A stretch of 64,000 nt of DNA from positions 1,924 through 65,923 of the forward strand of contig CAYOQP010000004.1 in NCBI GenBank assembly GCA_964406145.1. Direction: 5' to 3'. The notes below the pieces were generated by a model. That model was given only the letters and a program-made list of their open reading frames with translations, was not told the DNA's origin and ran no database searches. The stretch is from an uncultured Candidatus Saccharibacteria bacterium (lineage in GTDB: Bacteria > Patescibacteriota > UBA1384 > XYA2-FULL-43-10 > 1-14-0-10-43-13). The position numbers and the translations under genes were made by a program. Each line of letters starts with the position of its first letter. Position 1 is the first letter of the stretch. Of this stretch, positions 21,730-35,755 are shown piece after piece.

Positions 21730-22704
21730 ATGTTTACAGACGAAGCAGAAATTTATTTGAAAGCTGGCAATGGCGGAAATGGCTCCGTCTCTTTTCGTCG
21801 TGAGAAATATATTCCTAACGGTGGTCCGGATGGCGGAGATGGCGGCCGTGGCGGAGACATTTATATAGAAGTAGATAGCAGGCTAAGGAGCTTGGCTTTT
21901 TTCAATCGCCAAAAAAGATTTTTAGCTGAAAATGGCGAAAACGGTCATGGTAAGAAAATGTCTGGCAAAAATGCCGAAGACCTTATACTCAAAGTGCCAA
22001 CCGGAACGGTGATATATGAAAAAAATAATTTGATATCTGATCTTGTTAACGATGGCGAAAAGATTTTAATAGTTAGGGGTGGTAATGGCGGCTGGGGCAA
22101 TCAACATTTTGCGACTTCGATTAAACAGGCGCCACAATGGGCCAAGAGTGGCATGAGAGGGGAATCAAAAAAAGTTCAACTTGTCTTCAAAACTATCGCA
22201 GATGTCGGTTTAATTGGCTTGCCAAATGCCGGTAAAAGCACCTTGCTTGCAACATTGACCAGCGCACGACCAAAGATTGCTGATTATCCATTTACGACCT
22301 TAGAACCGAATCTGGGAACTTATGTCGGCGACAAGATGCGCATTATCTTTGCGGATATTCCTGGTCTAATCGAGGGAGCCTCTGAAGGCAAAGGTCTTGG
22401 TGAAAAATTCTTGCGGCATATCGAGCGCACTAGATTATTAATCCATCTACTTGATGCTAATAGCGATAATTTAGTTAATGATTATAAAACAATCCAGAAC
22501 GAGATCAAAAAATTTTCCAAAGAGCTGACTAAGAAAAAGACATTGGTTGTTTTGAATAAGATCGACACAATTTCAGAAGATGATTTGAATAAAAAAATAA
22601 AATCTTTCAAAAAAGAAAAAGTTTCAGTTATTGCAATTTCCGCCGTTACTGGTTTTGGCGTCAAGAACCTAGTTGATAAAATCAAACAATTTTCAAATAT
22701 TTAA
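21730..22704 (+). CDS. obgE: GTPase Obg/CgtA (no C-terminal OCT domain)
   Basis: FRREKYIPNGGPDGGDGG, GLPNAGKST, DYPFTT, DIPG, NKID. Confidence 0.97.
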   Translation: MFTDEAEIYLKAGNGGNGSVSFRREKYIPNGGPDGGDGGRGGDIYIEVDSRLRSLAFFNRQKRFLAENGENGHGKKMSGKNAEDLILKVPTGTVIYEKNNLISDLVNDGEKILIVRGGNGGWGNQHFATSIKQAPQWAKSGMRGESKKVQLVFKTIADVGLIGLPNAGKSTLLATLTSARPKIADYPFTTLEPNLGTYVGDKMRIIFADIPGLIEGASEGKGLGEKFLRHIERTRLLIHLLDANSDNLVNDYKTIQNEIKKFSKELTKKKTLVVLNKIDTISEDDLNKKIKSFKKEKVSVIAISAVTGFGVKNLVDKIKQFSNI

Positions 22705-22729
22705 CTATTTTGAGATCAAAATAGTCTAG

Positions 22730-22758
22730 TTGACAGACAAATTGTCCTCTAATATACT
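22730..22758 (+). promoter_or_regulatory. rpoBC promoter P1
   Basis: TTGACA-17 bp-TATACT. Confidence 0.75.
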
Positions 22759-22793
22759 TGATTCATATATGAACTTATTACCCTGCTTGCGTG

Positions 22794-22822
22794 TTGACAA
22801 GTAAATTCTTGTGTGCTATTAT
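22794..22822 (+). promoter_or_regulatory. rpoBC promoter P2
   Basis: TTGACA-17 bp-TATTAT with TGn. Confidence 0.75.
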
Positions 22823-22900
22823 TCATCTTAATAGAATAATTTTAGAGTGGAACAAGAAGTTGGGAATTCAAAGTGCTCTAAATAAAAGAGAGAGATAGGT

Positions 22901-22930
22901 CCACCCCCACTATTACTGGGGCGGTTTTTT
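22901..22930 (+). terminator. Terminator-like hairpin inside the rpoB leader (candidate attenuator)
   Basis: CC..CCCCA-7 nt-TGGGG.GG followed by TTTTTT, between the promoters and the ATG. Confidence 0.5.
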
Positions 22931-22990
22931 GTGGTTAAATTTTACGCATATAAATTTTATAAATAAACGTCTAATACGCCAAGGAGAGTA

Positions 22991-25900
22991 ATGCCAATCC
23001 AAGTTAAGAGTGCCTCTAGAATTAAGCCTAGAGAAGAAGCAGATTTCGAGAAATTGCCAAATTTAATTGAAGTTCAAACCAAGTCGTATGATTGGTTTTT
23101 CAAGGAAGGCCTCAGAGAATTATTGGATGAAATTTCGCCAGTTGAAGATTTTACCGGCGAGCTTTATTCACTTTCTTTTGGCGATTATTATCTAGACAAG
23201 CCAAGAATTGATGAAAAAACTGCCAGAGAAAAAAATCTAACTTATAAGGCTCCACTTCGGGCCAAGGTTTCTCTTCTCAACAAGCAGACCAAAGAGATTA
23301 AAGAGGGCGAAGTCTTTCTTGGTGATTTTCCTTTAATGACTGCTCATGGAACATTCATTATCAATGGCGTTGAGCGTTGTGTTGTGTCTCAGATCGTTCG
23401 CTCATATGGCGTACTCTTTACTGCTGAAAAAGTTAATGGCGAAAGCTACTTCGGTGCAAAAGTCATTCCTAACCGTGGCGCTTGGCTTGAGCTTGAAAGC
23501 AACTCCAAGGGCGTTATCTCTATCAAGGTTGACCGAAAAAGAAGAATTCCAATTACTACATTCTTGAGAGCTCTCGGTATCTCTACTGACGAAGAAATCA
23601 AATCCCTCTTCTCATCAGTTGATGACGGCGAAAACATTAAATACATCGATGCAACCCTAGAAAAAGATCCTTCTAAGAATTATGAAGAGGGATTAGTCGA
23701 AACATATAAGAGAATTAGACCCGGCGATCTAGCAACTCCAGAATCAGCCAAAGCTTTCATTGAGATGATGCTCTTTAATCCGAAGCGTTATGATGTTGGA
23801 CGAGTTGGCCGTTATAAATTAAATCAAAGATTGAACCTTGATATTCCTAATACTGTTGAAAACAGAGTATTTAGAAAAGAAGACCTCATTGAAATTATCA
23901 GAGAAATTATTCGTCTTAACAATACTCCTGGATCCAAGGCTGATGATACTGACGCATTGAAGAATCGTCGTATTAAAGCTGTCGGAGAATCTGTTCAGGG
24001 ACGTGTTCGTGTTGGACTTCTTAGAGTTGAAAGAATTATTAAAGACAGAATGAGCGTCTTGGAGCCAACAGACATTACTCCACAAGCTTTAGTTAACTCT
24101 CGTCCAATTGTTGCTTCGCTACAGGAATTTTATTCATCTTCTCAGCTTTCTCAGTTTATGAATCAGACCAATCCACTTTCAGAACTTGAGCACAAAAGAA
24201 CTTTGTCTGCTACTGGACCTGGTGGTTTATCTCGTGAACGTGCCGGCTTTGAAGTTCGAGACGTTCATGAATCGCACTATGGTCGAATCTGTCCTATCGA
24301 ATCTCCAGAAGGTCCGAATATCGGCTTGGTATCCTATATGGCCGCTTATGCCAAGGTTAATGATTATGGATTCTTAGAAACTCCATATCGAAAAGTTACC
24401 ATCGATAAAATTGGTGCTAAGGTAAGCAATGAAGTAGTCTTCTTGGATGCTGGCACTGAAGAAAAAACAATCATTGCCCCAGCTTCTGTTGAGGTGAACG
24501 AAAAAGGCTATATTGTCGGAGATAGGGTCATTGTCCGAAGACATGGCCATCCAGATATGGCGCCAGTATCTGAAGTTGAGTATATGGATGTTTCCCCTCG
24601 TCAGATCGTTTCGATTGCAACCTCTCTTATTCCTTTCGTTGAGCACGATGATGGTGCTAGAGCGATGATGGGATCTAACATGCAGAGACAGGCAGTTCCT
24701 CTTATTTGTCCAGATTCTCCGGTTGTTGGAACGGGCATGGAAAAATCAGCCGCTCACTACTCTGGTCAGATTGTACTTGCTAAGAACGGCGGAACCGTTA
24801 CTCATGTTTCAGCACGTTTAGTCCGAGTTAAAACCGATAAAAACGAGGTCAACGAGTACTATCTTGAGAAGTTTGCCAGATCAAATCAGGGCACTCTTAT
24901 CAATCAACGCCCAACTGTCACAGTCGGGGACAAGATTAATGCTGGAGATGTCATCGCTGACTCTTCTGCTACAGATCATGGTGAAATTGCTCTTGGCCAG
25001 AATCTACTCGTTTCATTTATGTCATGGGGTGGTTCGAACTTCGAAGACGCTATTATCATTTCAAATCGTTTAGTTAAAGATCATATGCTTTCATCTGTCC
25101 ATATCGAACAGTATTCGATGGAAGTTAGAGACACTAAGCTTGGTCCTGAGTTGCTCACTCGAGACATACCTAATGTTTCAGAAGAAGCATTATCTAATCT
25201 TGATGAAGTCGGAATTATCCGAATCGGTGCCGAAGTCAGATCCGGAGATATCTTGGTTGGAAAAATTTCACCTAAGGGTGAAACCGAGCTTTCAAGCGAA
25301 GAAAAACTTCTTCGAGCAATCTTTGGTGAGAAGGCTAAAGATGTCCGAGATTCTTCTCTTAGACTTCCTCACGGTGAATACGGCAAAGTTGTCAATGTCA
25401 AAGTTTTCTCCAAGGAAAACGGCGACGAACTCTCAACTGGTGTTTACCAAATGGTTGAAGTTTCAGTTGCTCAGCTTAGAAGAATTTCAGTCGGCGATAA
25501 GTTGGCTGGCCGTCATGGTAATAAGGGTGTTATCTCGGTTGTCCTTCCTGAAGAAGACATGCCTTTCATGCCAGATGGTCGTCCAATCGACGTAATCCTA
25601 AATCCACTTGGCGTTATATCTCGTATGAACGTTGGTCAGATTTTGGAGACTCATTTGGGCTTAGCCGCATCACATGGTGGATATAAGATCGCTACTCCAG
25701 TATTTGAAGGTATTTCAATTACCGAGATCAAGAGAAGGCTCAAAGAACAAAATCTTCCCGAAGACGGCAAGATTCAATTGATTGACGGTAAGACTGGTCT
25801 TAAATTTGATCGCAAATCAACTGTCGGTATCATGTATATCTTGAAACTTCATCACTTGGTTGATGATAAAATGCATGCTCGTTCAGTCGGACCATACTCT

Positions 25901-26386
25901 ATGATCACTCAACAGCCGCTCGGTGGTAAAGCTCAGTTCGGCGGACAGAGATTTGGAGAAATGGAAGTTTGGGCACTAGAAGCTTACGGTGCCGCTCATA
26001 CTCTTCAAGAAATGTTGACCATCAAATCAGACGATATTGTCGGACGAAGTCGAATTTACGAGTCAATCATCAAGGGTGAAAAGATTCAGAAGCCAATTAT
26101 TCCAGAAGCCTTCAATGTTATGGTCAAAGAACTTCAGAGCCTTTGTCTTGATGTTGATCTGATCACAACCAAAGAGGAGGCTATGATCGCCGAGAACTTG
26201 CCTGTAGAAAAACCAACAGAAGTTATCGCTCCTCAAGCATCTCAAGATTATCCTATTGATATTGACGAAGAAGAAGCAGTCGACGAGGAACTCGACGAAA
26301 AGCTGACCGAAATTGCTGCCGAACAGACCGCTCCAGAAGAAGACATTGTTTTTGATGAACCAGCTGATAATAAAGACGAAGAATAA
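22991..26386 (+). CDS. rpoB: RNA polymerase beta subunit
   Basis: [55 protein letters not shown]. Confidence 0.99.
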   Translation: MPIQVKSASRIKPREEADFEKLPNLIEVQTKSYDWFFKEGLRELLDEISPVEDFTGELYSLSFGDYYLDKPRIDEKTAREKNLTYKAPLRAKVSLLNKQTKEIKEGEVFLGDFPLMTAHGTFIINGVERCVVSQIVRSYGVLFTAEKVNGESYFGAKVIPNRGAWLELESNSKGVISIKVDRKRRIPITTFLRALGISTDEEIKSLFSSVDDGENIKYIDATLEKDPSKNYEEGLVETYKRIRPGDLATPESAKAFIEMMLFNPKRYDVGRVGRYKLNQRLNLDIPNTVENRVFRKEDLIEIIREIIRLNNTPGSKADDTDALKNRRIKAVGESVQGRVRVGLLRVERIIKDRMSVLEPTDITPQALVNSRPIVASLQEFYSSSQLSQFMNQTNPLSELEHKRTLSATGPGGLSRERAGFEVRDVHESHYGRICPIESPEGPNIGLVSYMAAYAKVNDYGFLETPYRKVTIDKIGAKVSNEVVFLDAGTEEKTIIAPASVEVNEKGYIVGDRVIVRRHGHPDMAPVSEVEYMDVSPRQIVSIATSLIPFVEHDDGARAMMGSNMQRQAVPLICPDSPVVGTGMEKSAAHYSGQIVLAKNGGTVTHVSARLVRVKTDKNEVNEYYLEKFARSNQGTLINQRPTVTVGDKINAGDVIADSSATDHGEIALGQNLLVSFMSWGGSNFEDAIIISNRLVKDHMLSSVHIEQYSMEVRDTKLGPELLTRDIPNVSEEALSNLDEVGIIRIGAEVRSGDILVGKISPKGETELSSEEKLLRAIFGEKAKDVRDSSLRLPHGEYGKVVNVKVFSKENGDELSTGVYQMVEVSVAQLRRISVGDKLAGRHGNKGVISVVLPEEDMPFMPDGRPIDVILNPLGVISRMNVGQILETHLGLAASHGGYKIATPVFEGISITEIKRRLKEQNLPEDGKIQLIDGKTGLKFDRKSTVGIMYILKLHHLVDDKMHARSVGPYSMITQQPLGGKAQFGGQRFGEMEVWALEAYGAAHTLQEMLTIKSDDIVGRSRIYESIIKGEKIQKPIIPEAFNVMVKELQSLCLDVDLITTKEEAMIAENLPVEKPTEVIAPQASQDYPIDIDEEEAVDEELDEKLTEIAAEQTAPEEDIVFDEPADNKDEE

Positions 26387-26410
26387 TTATAAATATTTGA
26401 AGGAGATAGA

Positions 26411-29400
26411 ATGGCAAGTTTAGAAGTAAAAGATCAAGTTACGGTATCTGACTTTGAGGCGATCCGACTCTCGGTGGCTTCTCCAGAAGATATTTTATCT
26501 TGGTCTCATGGTGAGGTGCTAAAACCAGAAACGATCAACTATCGCACACAGAAGCCTGAGCGCGATGGTCTTTTCTGTGAAAAAATATTTGGTCCGACCA
26601 AGGACTGGGAATGTTATTGTGGAAAATACAAGAAGATTCGCTATAAGGGTGTTATCTGCGATAAGTGTGGTGTCGAGGTCACTCGAAGCGCTGTTCGACG
26701 TGTCAGAATGGGCCACATTGATTTGGCTGTACCAGTTGCTCATATCTGGTATGTTAGAGGAACATCAAGCATCGGCTCAGCAATCTTGGATCTAACTGGT
26801 GCTGATATTGAGAAAGTTGTTTATTTTGCTAGCTATGTCATTCTTGATGTCAACGAAGAGTTGAAAAAATCAAGCCTAGAGAGCCTGGAAAAAGAATACA
26901 AAGAATTTCAAGAAGCGATGAAGGGCGAAGAGAAGCCAGAAATCTCAAAAGAAGAAGTAGACCAAGTTTACAAAGAAACAAAGACTGAGCTTGGCAATCT
27001 TTCTCGCGGCAAGATCATTTCCGAGCAGGTTTATCGTGAGCTCAATATGAAATATGGACAAATTGTCCGTGTTGGTATTGGCGCCGAAGCAATCTTGGAA
27101 CTTCTTAAAAAAATTGATCTTGGTGAAGAAATCAAGATTTCTGATACCAATGCTAGAAAACAAACAGGTCTCGCCAGAACAAAGATTCTAAAAAGACTCA
27201 GAGTTCTTCAGAGCATGCAACGAGCCGGCATCAATCCAGGTTGGCTTGTTCTAACCAGACTCCCAGTTATTCCACCAGATCTAAGACCAATGGTTCAGCT
27301 TGATGGTGGTAGATTTGCTGCCTCCGACTTAAATGATCTATATCGAAGAGTTATCAATAGAAACAACAGACTTAAGAGATTGTTATCTCAGGGTGCTCCA
27401 GAGGTAATTTGTCGAAATGAAAAGAGAATGCTTCAAGAAGCAGTAGATGCCTTGATTGACAACTCGGCCAGAAAAGACAAAATTGCTTCTTCAACTGGTG
27501 GCAAGAGAAAACTACGATCGCTTTCTGATATGCTTCGTGGCAAACAGGGTCGTTTCCGACAGAACTTGCTTGGTAAACGTGTTGACTACTCTGGACGTTC
27601 AGTTATTGTCGTTGGTCCAAAATTGAAACTCTATCAGTGTGGTCTGCCAAAGGTCATGGCCTTGGAGCTTTTCAAACCATTTGTTATTGGTCGTTTGATT
27701 GCCGATGGATATGTTCACAACGTCAAAAACGCGACAAGACTTATTGAAAAAGGCGAGTCATTCGTTTGGGATATTTTAGAGGACGTTATTAAAGACAAAT
27801 GTGTTCTCCTAAACCGGGCCCCAACCCTTCACCGTTTGGGTATTCAGGCTTTCCAACCAATTCTTATCGAGGGTAAAGCTATTCAGATCCACCCTCTCGT
27901 TTGCTCGGCTTTCAACGCTGACTTCGATGGTGACCAGATGGCCGTCCATTTGCCACTTTCTGACAAGGCTCAGGCTGAAGCACATGAAATCATGCTTTCT
28001 TCCAAGAATCTTCTAAAGCCTTCTTCTGGTGACCCAGTTTTGACACTTTCTTTTGACATTGTTCTAGGCTGTCACTATCTAACAAGGGAAAAAGAAAATG
28101 CTTTGGGTGAAGGCGCAGTTTTTGCCTCAGAAAATGAGCTTATTTCTGCCTATCATCTTGATAATGTTGATCTTAACGCCAAGATTAAAGTCAGACTTAA
28201 ATCTGGCGAAGTTATGGAGACAACTTGTGGGCGTGTTATTTTCAACGAGGTAATGCCTGAGGGTCTTCCATACATCAACGAGACGATGAACAAGAAACTT
28301 ATCGGTAAATTGGCCGATAAGGTCTATAGACTTTTTGGTGGTGAAACCGCAGCTAAGCTCGTAGATGACCTTAAGGATCTCGGCTTCATTTATGCTCAAA
28401 AATCCGGCATGACTTTTGCAGTCGATGATATTTATATTCCAGAATCAAAATCAGAGATTTTGACCAAGGGCCAAGATGAAGTCAACGGCGTTACCAAGCT
28501 TTTTCAACGTGGTCTTATCACCGATGAAGAGAGATACAATAAAACCGTTGAAATCTGGATGAGTTCTCAGTCTCAGATGGAAAAAGACATGATGAGCGGA
28601 TATCCAAAGCAAAATGATATCTATATCATTATGAACTCTGGAGCTCGTGGTAATATTGCCCAGATGACACAGGTTGGTGCTATGAAAGGCATGGTTGCTG
28701 ATCCAACCGGTGCGATCATTGAGCTTCCTATTAAGTCAAACTTTAAAGAAGGTTTGTCAGTATTCGAATACTTCGTATCAACTCACGGTTCCAGAAAGGG
28801 TCGTGCCGATACCGCACTTCGAACTTCTGAAGCTGGATATTTGACCCGTCGTTTGGTTGATGTTTCACAGGATGTTGTTGTTACCGTTCCGGACTGTGGT
28901 ACCAAGAATACCAGAGTTGTTTCTAAGGCCTTCTATGCTGAGTTCGGCGAGGAATGGGACAAATACATCCTTGGACGCACATTAGGGAAAGCTATCGGTG
29001 GTATTAAAGAAGGCGTTACGATTACTGCTGAAGAAGTTAAGATTCTAAAAGAAAAGAACATTGAAGAGATCGAAATTTTCTCACTTCTTGGTTGTGAAGC
29101 CGAAAAGGGCATCTGCCAGAAGTGTTATGGAATTGATTTGGCAACCGGTCGACCAGTTCAGATTGGAACTGCCGTTGGTATTATCGCCGCTCAGGCTATT
29201 GGTGAACCAGGAACACAGCTGACCATGAGAACATTTCACACTGGTGGTGCTGCTGGTGAGGATATTACTGCTGGTCTTCCACGAGTTGAGGAGCTTTTTG
29301 AAGCTCGAATCCCCAAGAAACCCGCTATTCTTTCTGAAGTTGCTGGCGTTGTCACTATTACAAAGGATCACGATATCATTAAGATTAATGTTTCTGGCAA

Positions 29401-30181
29401 GGGCGAGAAGACTGATCTTTATGAGATTCCAAGTGGCTACAAGATGATAGTTGATAATGATAGCCAAGTTGTTAAGAATCAGGTTATTGCTGAGCCGGAA
29501 TCAGGTGACGGCAAACCAGTCAGATCTGTTGTTGCTGGTCAGGTTATTATCTCCGGTAACAAAGTTAAGGTTGTCGGTGTTGGTGAAGTCTCTATCGAAT
29601 ACGCTACAGCCAAGACGACTCAGGTGCTGGTTAAGAACGGCGAGACTATCGAGAAGGGTCAAGCTTTGACCGAAGGTCACTATGATCTATCACAGAGCCT
29701 GAAGCTTAATGGACCAGTTAAAACTCAAAACTATATCATCAAACAAGTTCAGTCTATCTATGAATCACAGGGACAAGACATCAACGACAAACACATCGAA
29801 GTTATCGTTAGGATGATGAATAGCAAGGTCAAGATCTTGGAGCCTGGTAGCTCAAAGTATCTTCCAGGACAAGTTGTTTCCAAGTTTGAGGTTAATGCCA
29901 AGAATATTGGTTTCAAAGCTTCTGGCGAAAAACAGATCAAAGGTGATGACATGATTATGGGTATCACCCGAATCGCTCTTAAGACCGATTCCTTCTTGTC
30001 TGCCGCTTCGTTCCAAGAAACCACCTCAATTTTGATTGATGCCGCCGTATCTGGTCGAGTCGATTATCTGATGGGATTGAAAGAGAACGTTATCATCGGT
30101 AAATTGATTCCTGCTGGCACCGGTTTTGATCGAGAAGCGATCAAAGAAGAAGCCATTGCTGAGCTCGAAGAACAGCTTTGA
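26411..30181 (+). CDS. rpoC: RNA polymerase beta' subunit
   Basis: Zn ribbon CYC...[38 protein letters not shown]. Confidence 0.99.
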   Translation: MASLEVKDQVTVSDFEAIRLSVASPEDILSWSHGEVLKPETINYRTQKPERDGLFCEKIFGPTKDWECYCGKYKKIRYKGVICDKCGVEVTRSAVRRVRMGHIDLAVPVAHIWYVRGTSSIGSAILDLTGADIEKVVYFASYVILDVNEELKKSSLESLEKEYKEFQEAMKGEEKPEISKEEVDQVYKETKTELGNLSRGKIISEQVYRELNMKYGQIVRVGIGAEAILELLKKIDLGEEIKISDTNARKQTGLARTKILKRLRVLQSMQRAGINPGWLVLTRLPVIPPDLRPMVQLDGGRFAASDLNDLYRRVINRNNRLKRLLSQGAPEVICRNEKRMLQEAVDALIDNSARKDKIASSTGGKRKLRSLSDMLRGKQGRFRQNLLGKRVDYSGRSVIVVGPKLKLYQCGLPKVMALELFKPFVIGRLIADGYVHNVKNATRLIEKGESFVWDILEDVIKDKCVLLNRAPTLHRLGIQAFQPILIEGKAIQIHPLVCSAFNADFDGDQMAVHLPLSDKAQAEAHEIMLSSKNLLKPSSGDPVLTLSFDIVLGCHYLTREKENALGEGAVFASENELISAYHLDNVDLNAKIKVRLKSGEVMETTCGRVIFNEVMPEGLPYINETMNKKLIGKLADKVYRLFGGETAAKLVDDLKDLGFIYAQKSGMTFAVDDIYIPESKSEILTKGQDEVNGVTKLFQRGLITDEERYNKTVEIWMSSQSQMEKDMMSGYPKQNDIYIIMNSGARGNIAQMTQVGAMKGMVADPTGAIIELPIKSNFKEGLSVFEYFVSTHGSRKGRADTALRTSEAGYLTRRLVDVSQDVVVTVPDCGTKNTRVVSKAFYAEFGEEWDKYILGRTLGKAIGGIKEGVTITAEEVKILKEKNIEEIEIFSLLGCEAEKGICQKCYGIDLATGRPVQIGTAVGIIAAQAIGEPGTQLTMRTFHTGGAAGEDITAGLPRVEELFEARIPKKPAILSEVAGVVTITKDHDIIKINVSGKGEKTDLYEIPSGYKMIVDNDSQVVKNQVIAEPESGDGKPVRSVVAGQVIISGNKVKVVGVGEVSIEYATAKTTQVLVKNGETIEKGQALTEGHYDLSQSLKLNGPVKTQNYIIKQVQSIYESQGQDINDKHIEVIVRMMNSKVKILEPGSSKYLPGQVVSKFEVNAKNIGFKASGEKQIKGDDMIMGITRIALKTDSFLSAASFQETTSILIDAAVSGRVDYLMGLKENVIIGKLIPAGTGFDREAIKEEAIAELEEQL

Positions 30182-30206
30182 CATTCGGCTTAGTTTATGC
30201 TATTTT
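30178..30206 (+). promoter_or_regulatory. rpsL-rpsG promoter overlapping the rpoC stop codon
   Basis: TTGACA-17 bp-TATTTT with TGn. Confidence 0.65.
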
Positions 30207-30237
30207 ATTAAAGTGCAAAATTTAAATTCAAGTTTTT

Positions 30238-30651
30238 ATGCCTACAATCAACCAATTAATTAGAAAAAGTCGCAAACAGACAGTCAAGCGGTCAAAGACC
30301 ACTGCTTTGAAGACCACTTTTAACTATCTTCAGAATAAGCCAGTTAAACTCGGATCACCTCAAAAACGCGGTGTTTGTATCAAGGTTGGCACTATGACAC
30401 CGAAGAAACCAAACTCAGCTTTGCGAAAGTTTGCGCGTGTCAGATTGACCAATGGTTACGAAGTCAACGCCTATATTGGTGGTGAAGGACATAATCTTCA
30501 GGAACACTCAGTCGTATTGATCCGCGGAGGTCGTGTTAAAGACCTTCCGGGTATGCGATATCATATTGTCCGTGGCAAGCTAGACTTGACCGGAGTGCAG
30601 GGTCGAAAACAGGGACGTAGTAAATACGGTGCCAAGACAGGAAAAAGTTAA
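30238..30651 (+). CDS. rpsL: 30S ribosomal protein S12
   Basis: [27 protein letters not shown]. Confidence 0.99.
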   Translation: MPTINQLIRKSRKQTVKRSKTTALKTTFNYLQNKPVKLGSPQKRGVCIKVGTMTPKKPNSALRKFARVRLTNGYEVNAYIGGEGHNLQEHSVVLIRGGRVKDLPGMRYHIVRGKLDLTGVQGRKQGRSKYGAKTGKS

Positions 30652-30667
30652 TTTTTAGGACTTATCG

Positions 30668-31144
30668 ATGCCAAGAGGCCATATAAAAATGAAAAAACAG
30701 GCGATCGAGCCGGATGCTAAATACAGCAATCCTACTTTAACCAAATTCATTAATTACATAATGAAAAATGGCAAAAAGACTGTCGCCACAAAGATCGTTT
30801 ACAAGTCATTGGAAAATGCTTCCGAGACACTCAAGGGAGAAGCGATTGATATTTTTGAGCAAGCCTTGAAAAATGTTGGTCCACTCGTTGAGGTTAAGAG
30901 CAAGAGAATCGGTGGCGCTAATTATCAAGTGCCAATGGAAGTTAGCCGAGACCGCAAGAATACTCTTGCGATGCGCTGGATTATTGCTGCTGCTCAGTCT
31001 GCTAAGGGCAAACCAATGCACGAGAAACTAGCTTTTGAGTTGATCAACGCTTACAACGGTGAAGGCTCAGCCATGAAGAAGAAGGAAGATACTCACAGAA
31101 TGGCTGAGGCCAACAAAGCCTTTGCTCACTTCGCTCGATTCTAA
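30668..31144 (+). CDS. rpsG: 30S ribosomal protein S7
   Basis: GKKTVA, RIGGANYQVP, HRMAEANKAFAH. Confidence 0.99.
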   Translation: MPRGHIKMKKQAIEPDAKYSNPTLTKFINYIMKNGKKTVATKIVYKSLENASETLKGEAIDIFEQALKNVGPLVEVKSKRIGGANYQVPMEVSRDRKNTLAMRWIIAAAQSAKGKPMHEKLAFELINAYNGEGSAMKKKEDTHRMAEANKAFAHFARF

Positions 31145-31159
31145 GAATTCTACACACAT

Positions 31160-31200
31160 ATAAAAAGAAAGCGTCCAGTCATTGGGTGCTTTCTTTTTAT
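31160..31200. terminator. Bidirectional intrinsic terminator after rpsG
   Basis: ATAAAAAGAAAGC...GCTTTCTTTTTAT arms around a GC/GU stem. Confidence 0.85.
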
Positions 31201-31229
31201 TAAAAGAATGTTTTGATAGGTGAGTGGCG

Positions 31230-31259
31230 CAGGTGGCGGCGGTTGATTGCCGCCACCTG
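31230..31259. repeat. GC-rich inverted repeat 3' of the lipoprotein gene
   Basis: CAGGTGGCGGC-8 nt-GCCGCCACCTG, 11 bp perfect, no U tract. Confidence 0.8.
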
Positions 31260-31271
31260 TCCGGTCGTGGT

Positions 31272-31754
31272 CTAGTAAACCGTTGAGTAGGTTCCGTCCG
31301 GATTGGAACGGAACAGGTGCGCGTCGTAGCTGGGCTTGGTATCATCGGGATACTCCGTGGAGTAATCCCAGACGTCAGCTTCTGCTTCGACGAGCACAAA
31401 GTAGGTCGAGGTTTTGTTGAGGGCCGCGCCGTCCCATTCGGAGACGACAAAGATCCCTTTGCCACCACCGCTGTTGCCCCAGGCTTCCATTCTCACCCAC
31501 GATTCACGCAGGTACACTTTGGAGTTCGGGTTGGCCGGATCAGTCAGTCGGTAGATACCAAACTGATTGAACTGGCCGTCGCGGCGGTTGACATAGACAG
31601 CCACACTCGAAGAATCGCGATCAACGCTGATTCCTTCAATCGAGACATGGGGCTTGCGCCCCAAGACGTCGTCGAGGGCTTCAGATGAGCACCCAGCGAA
31701 CATCAGAGTGGTGATTGCGAGGGCGATAAGCCCAAGAAGCATGCGGATTCGCAT
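31272..31754 (-). CDS. Orphan putative lipoprotein, high GC
   Basis: GAGGAG SD 7 nt before ATG 31754 (GTG 31757 possible), basic N-terminus, hydrophobic core, lipobox FAG-C; own promoter. Confidence 0.75.
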   Translation of the reverse strand: MRIRMLLGLIALAITTLMFAGCSSEALDDVLGRKPHVSIEGISVDRDSSSVAVYVNRRDGQFNQFGIYRLTDPANPNSKVYLRESWVRMEAWGNSGGGKGIFVVSEWDGAALNKTSTYFVLVEAEADVWDYSTEYPDDTKPSYDAHLFRSNPDGTYSTVY

Positions 31755-31809
31755 CACGGTTCTCCTCGTTGCCTTCGCTAGAGTAACTGCAGAAGAAGGT
31801 CAACTGATT

Positions 31810-31838
31810 ATTTTACCACTATTACTCTTAAATGTCAA
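31810..31838 (-). promoter_or_regulatory. Near-consensus promoter of the lipoprotein gene
   Basis: Minus strand TTGACA-17 bp-TAAAAT with TGG. Confidence 0.8.
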
Positions 31839-31871
31839 GTAGATATTGCTCAAAATTGCAATTTTATCCCG

Positions 31872-31901
31872 TTGACACTTTTGGCATCTGTGTGTTAATA
31901 T
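31872..31901 (+). promoter_or_regulatory. fusA promoter
   Basis: TTGACA-18 bp-TAATAT with TGn. Confidence 0.6.
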
Positions 31902-31971
31902 AATAAGGATTTGAGGGGGAATTTTTAGTTTTGAACTTTAGAATAAAAATAATTTAAATTTAGGATTTGCT

Positions 31972-34047
<2,076 letters not shown>

Positions 34048-34084
34048 AAGAACAATTCATGTTGGTTTATACTTTGATTTGCTC

Positions 34085-34113
34085 TTGCATTAAAGTGATA
34101 AATTTGTTATTAT
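34085..34113 (+). promoter_or_regulatory. tuf-rpsJ promoter
   Basis: TTGCAT-17 bp-TATTAT with TGn. Confidence 0.6.
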
Positions 34114-34173
34114 TTGTTGGCAAATAAGCAAAATATTTAAAAAATTAGTTAGAAAAAGTAAAAAGGAGAATTA

Positions 34174-35352
34174 ATGGCTGCTGAATCATTCAAAAGAAAC
34201 AAGCCTCACGTAAACATCGGTACTATTGGTCACGTTGACCACGGTAAAACAACCTTGACTGCTGCTATCACAACCGTTCTTGCTAAGAAGGGTCTAGCTC
34301 AGGCAAGAAAATTTGCTGATATCGACAACGCTCCAGAAGAAAAAGAGCGTGGCATTACTATCGCAACTTCACACCAAGAGTATGAGACCGAGAAGAGACA
34401 CTATGCTCACGTTGACTGTCCGGGACACGCTGACTATGTTAAAAACATGATCACCGGTGCTGCACAGATGGACGGTGCAATTTTGGTTGTTGCTGCTACT
34501 GACGGCCCTATGCCTCAGACCAGAGAGCACATCCTTCTTGCAAATCAGATCGGTGTTCCTGCTATCGTTGTTTATCTCAACAAGTGCGATATGGTTGATG
34601 ACGAAGAGTTGATCGACCTAGTCGAGATGGAAGTCAGAGAACTTCTAACAAAATACAAGTATGATGGCGATAACGCCAAGATTATTCGTGGTTCAGCTCT
34701 TAAAGCTCTTGAGGGTGATGCCAAATGGGAGAAATCAATCGATGAATTGATGGATGCCGTTGATGAAGCTATCCCAGAGCCAAAAAGAGAAATTGACAAG
34801 CCTTTCCTTATGCCTGTTGAAGATGTTTTCTCAATCAAGGGTCGTGGCACGGTTGCAACTGGTAGAATTGAGCAGGGTATTGTCAAAATCAATGACACTG
34901 TCGAGATCGTCGGTATCAGAAAAACCAGAAACACAGTTGTTACCGGTGTTGAGATGTTTAAGAAACAGCTCGATCAGGGACAAGCTGGCGACAATGTTGG
35001 TCTTCTTCTTCGTGGTATTGAGCGTGAAGATATCGAGCGCGGTCAAGTTTTGGCCAAGCCAGGTAGTATCACTCCTCATACCGATTTCGAAGCTGAAATG
35101 TATGCTTTGACAAAAGAAGAAGGCGGACGACACACCCCATTCTTCAAAGGCTACAAACCTCAGTTCTACATCAGAACAACTGACGTTACCGGCGACATCA
35201 CTTTTGATCAGGAAATGATCATGCCTGGTGACAATGCCACCGTTAAAGTAACTTTGATTCAACCAATCGCCATGGACGAAGGTTTGAAATTTGCCATTCG
35301 TGAAGGCGGTCGAACAGTCGGTGCGGGTGTTGTAACAAAGATCACTAAATAA
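34174..35352 (+). CDS. tuf: Elongation factor Tu
   Basis: [41 protein letters not shown]. Confidence 0.99.
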   Translation: MAAESFKRNKPHVNIGTIGHVDHGKTTLTAAITTVLAKKGLAQARKFADIDNAPEEKERGITIATSHQEYETEKRHYAHVDCPGHADYVKNMITGAAQMDGAILVVAATDGPMPQTREHILLANQIGVPAIVVYLNKCDMVDDEELIDLVEMEVRELLTKYKYDGDNAKIIRGSALKALEGDAKWEKSIDELMDAVDEAIPEPKREIDKPFLMPVEDVFSIKGRGTVATGRIEQGIVKINDTVEIVGIRKTRNTVVTGVEMFKKQLDQGQAGDNVGLLLRGIEREDIERGQVLAKPGSITPHTDFEAEMYALTKEEGGRHTPFFKGYKPQFYIRTTDVTGDITFDQEMIMPGDNATVKVTLIQPIAMDEGLKFAIREGGRTVGAGVVTKITK

Positions 35353-35371
35353 TAATTATCAAAAGAATTCA

Positions 35372-35698
35372 ATGTCAGTAGATAAAACAGCAGTACGTCA
35401 AAAAATTAGAATTCGCCTCAAGGCCTACGATCATCGCATTATCGACAAATCGGCCCAGCAAATTATAGATACAGCTATCCGCTCAGGAGCTGTTGTCGCT
35501 GGACCAATTCCTCTTCCTACGGAGGTCAATAAAATCACGGTCTTGAAATCAACTCACGTTCATAAGGACGCCCGCGAACAGTTCGAGATGCGAACCCACA
35601 AACGTTTGATTGATATTCTAAATCCAAGTCCCAAGACGATTGACAACCTCATGAGTCTCGATTTGCCTCACGGCGTCGACATTGAAATCAAGATGTAG
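35372..35698 (+). CDS. rpsJ: 30S ribosomal protein S10 (NusE)
   Basis: [32 protein letters not shown]. Confidence 0.99.
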   Translation: MSVDKTAVRQKIRIRLKAYDHRIIDKSAQQIIDTAIRSGAVVAGPIPLPTEVNKITVLKSTHVHKDAREQFEMRTHKRLIDILNPSPKTIDNLMSLDLPHGVDIEIKM

Positions 35699-35701
35699 TT
35701 T

Positions 35702-35744
35702 AAAGTTTCAGGGCCCAATATTTCTTAACGGGCCTTGGACTTTT
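35702..35744 (+). terminator. Probable terminator after rpsJ
   Basis: TTCAGGGCCC-13 nt-GGGCCTTGGA with two G-U pairs, then CTTTT (short U tract). Confidence 0.55.
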
Positions 35745-35755
35745 GACTAGAAGCG

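Noticed and set aside
31067-31842. Alternative ORFs 31067-31468 (-), 31317-31688 (+) and 31654-31842 (+)
   Set aside because: Expected by-products of high GC; only 31272-31754 has SD, promoter and signal peptide
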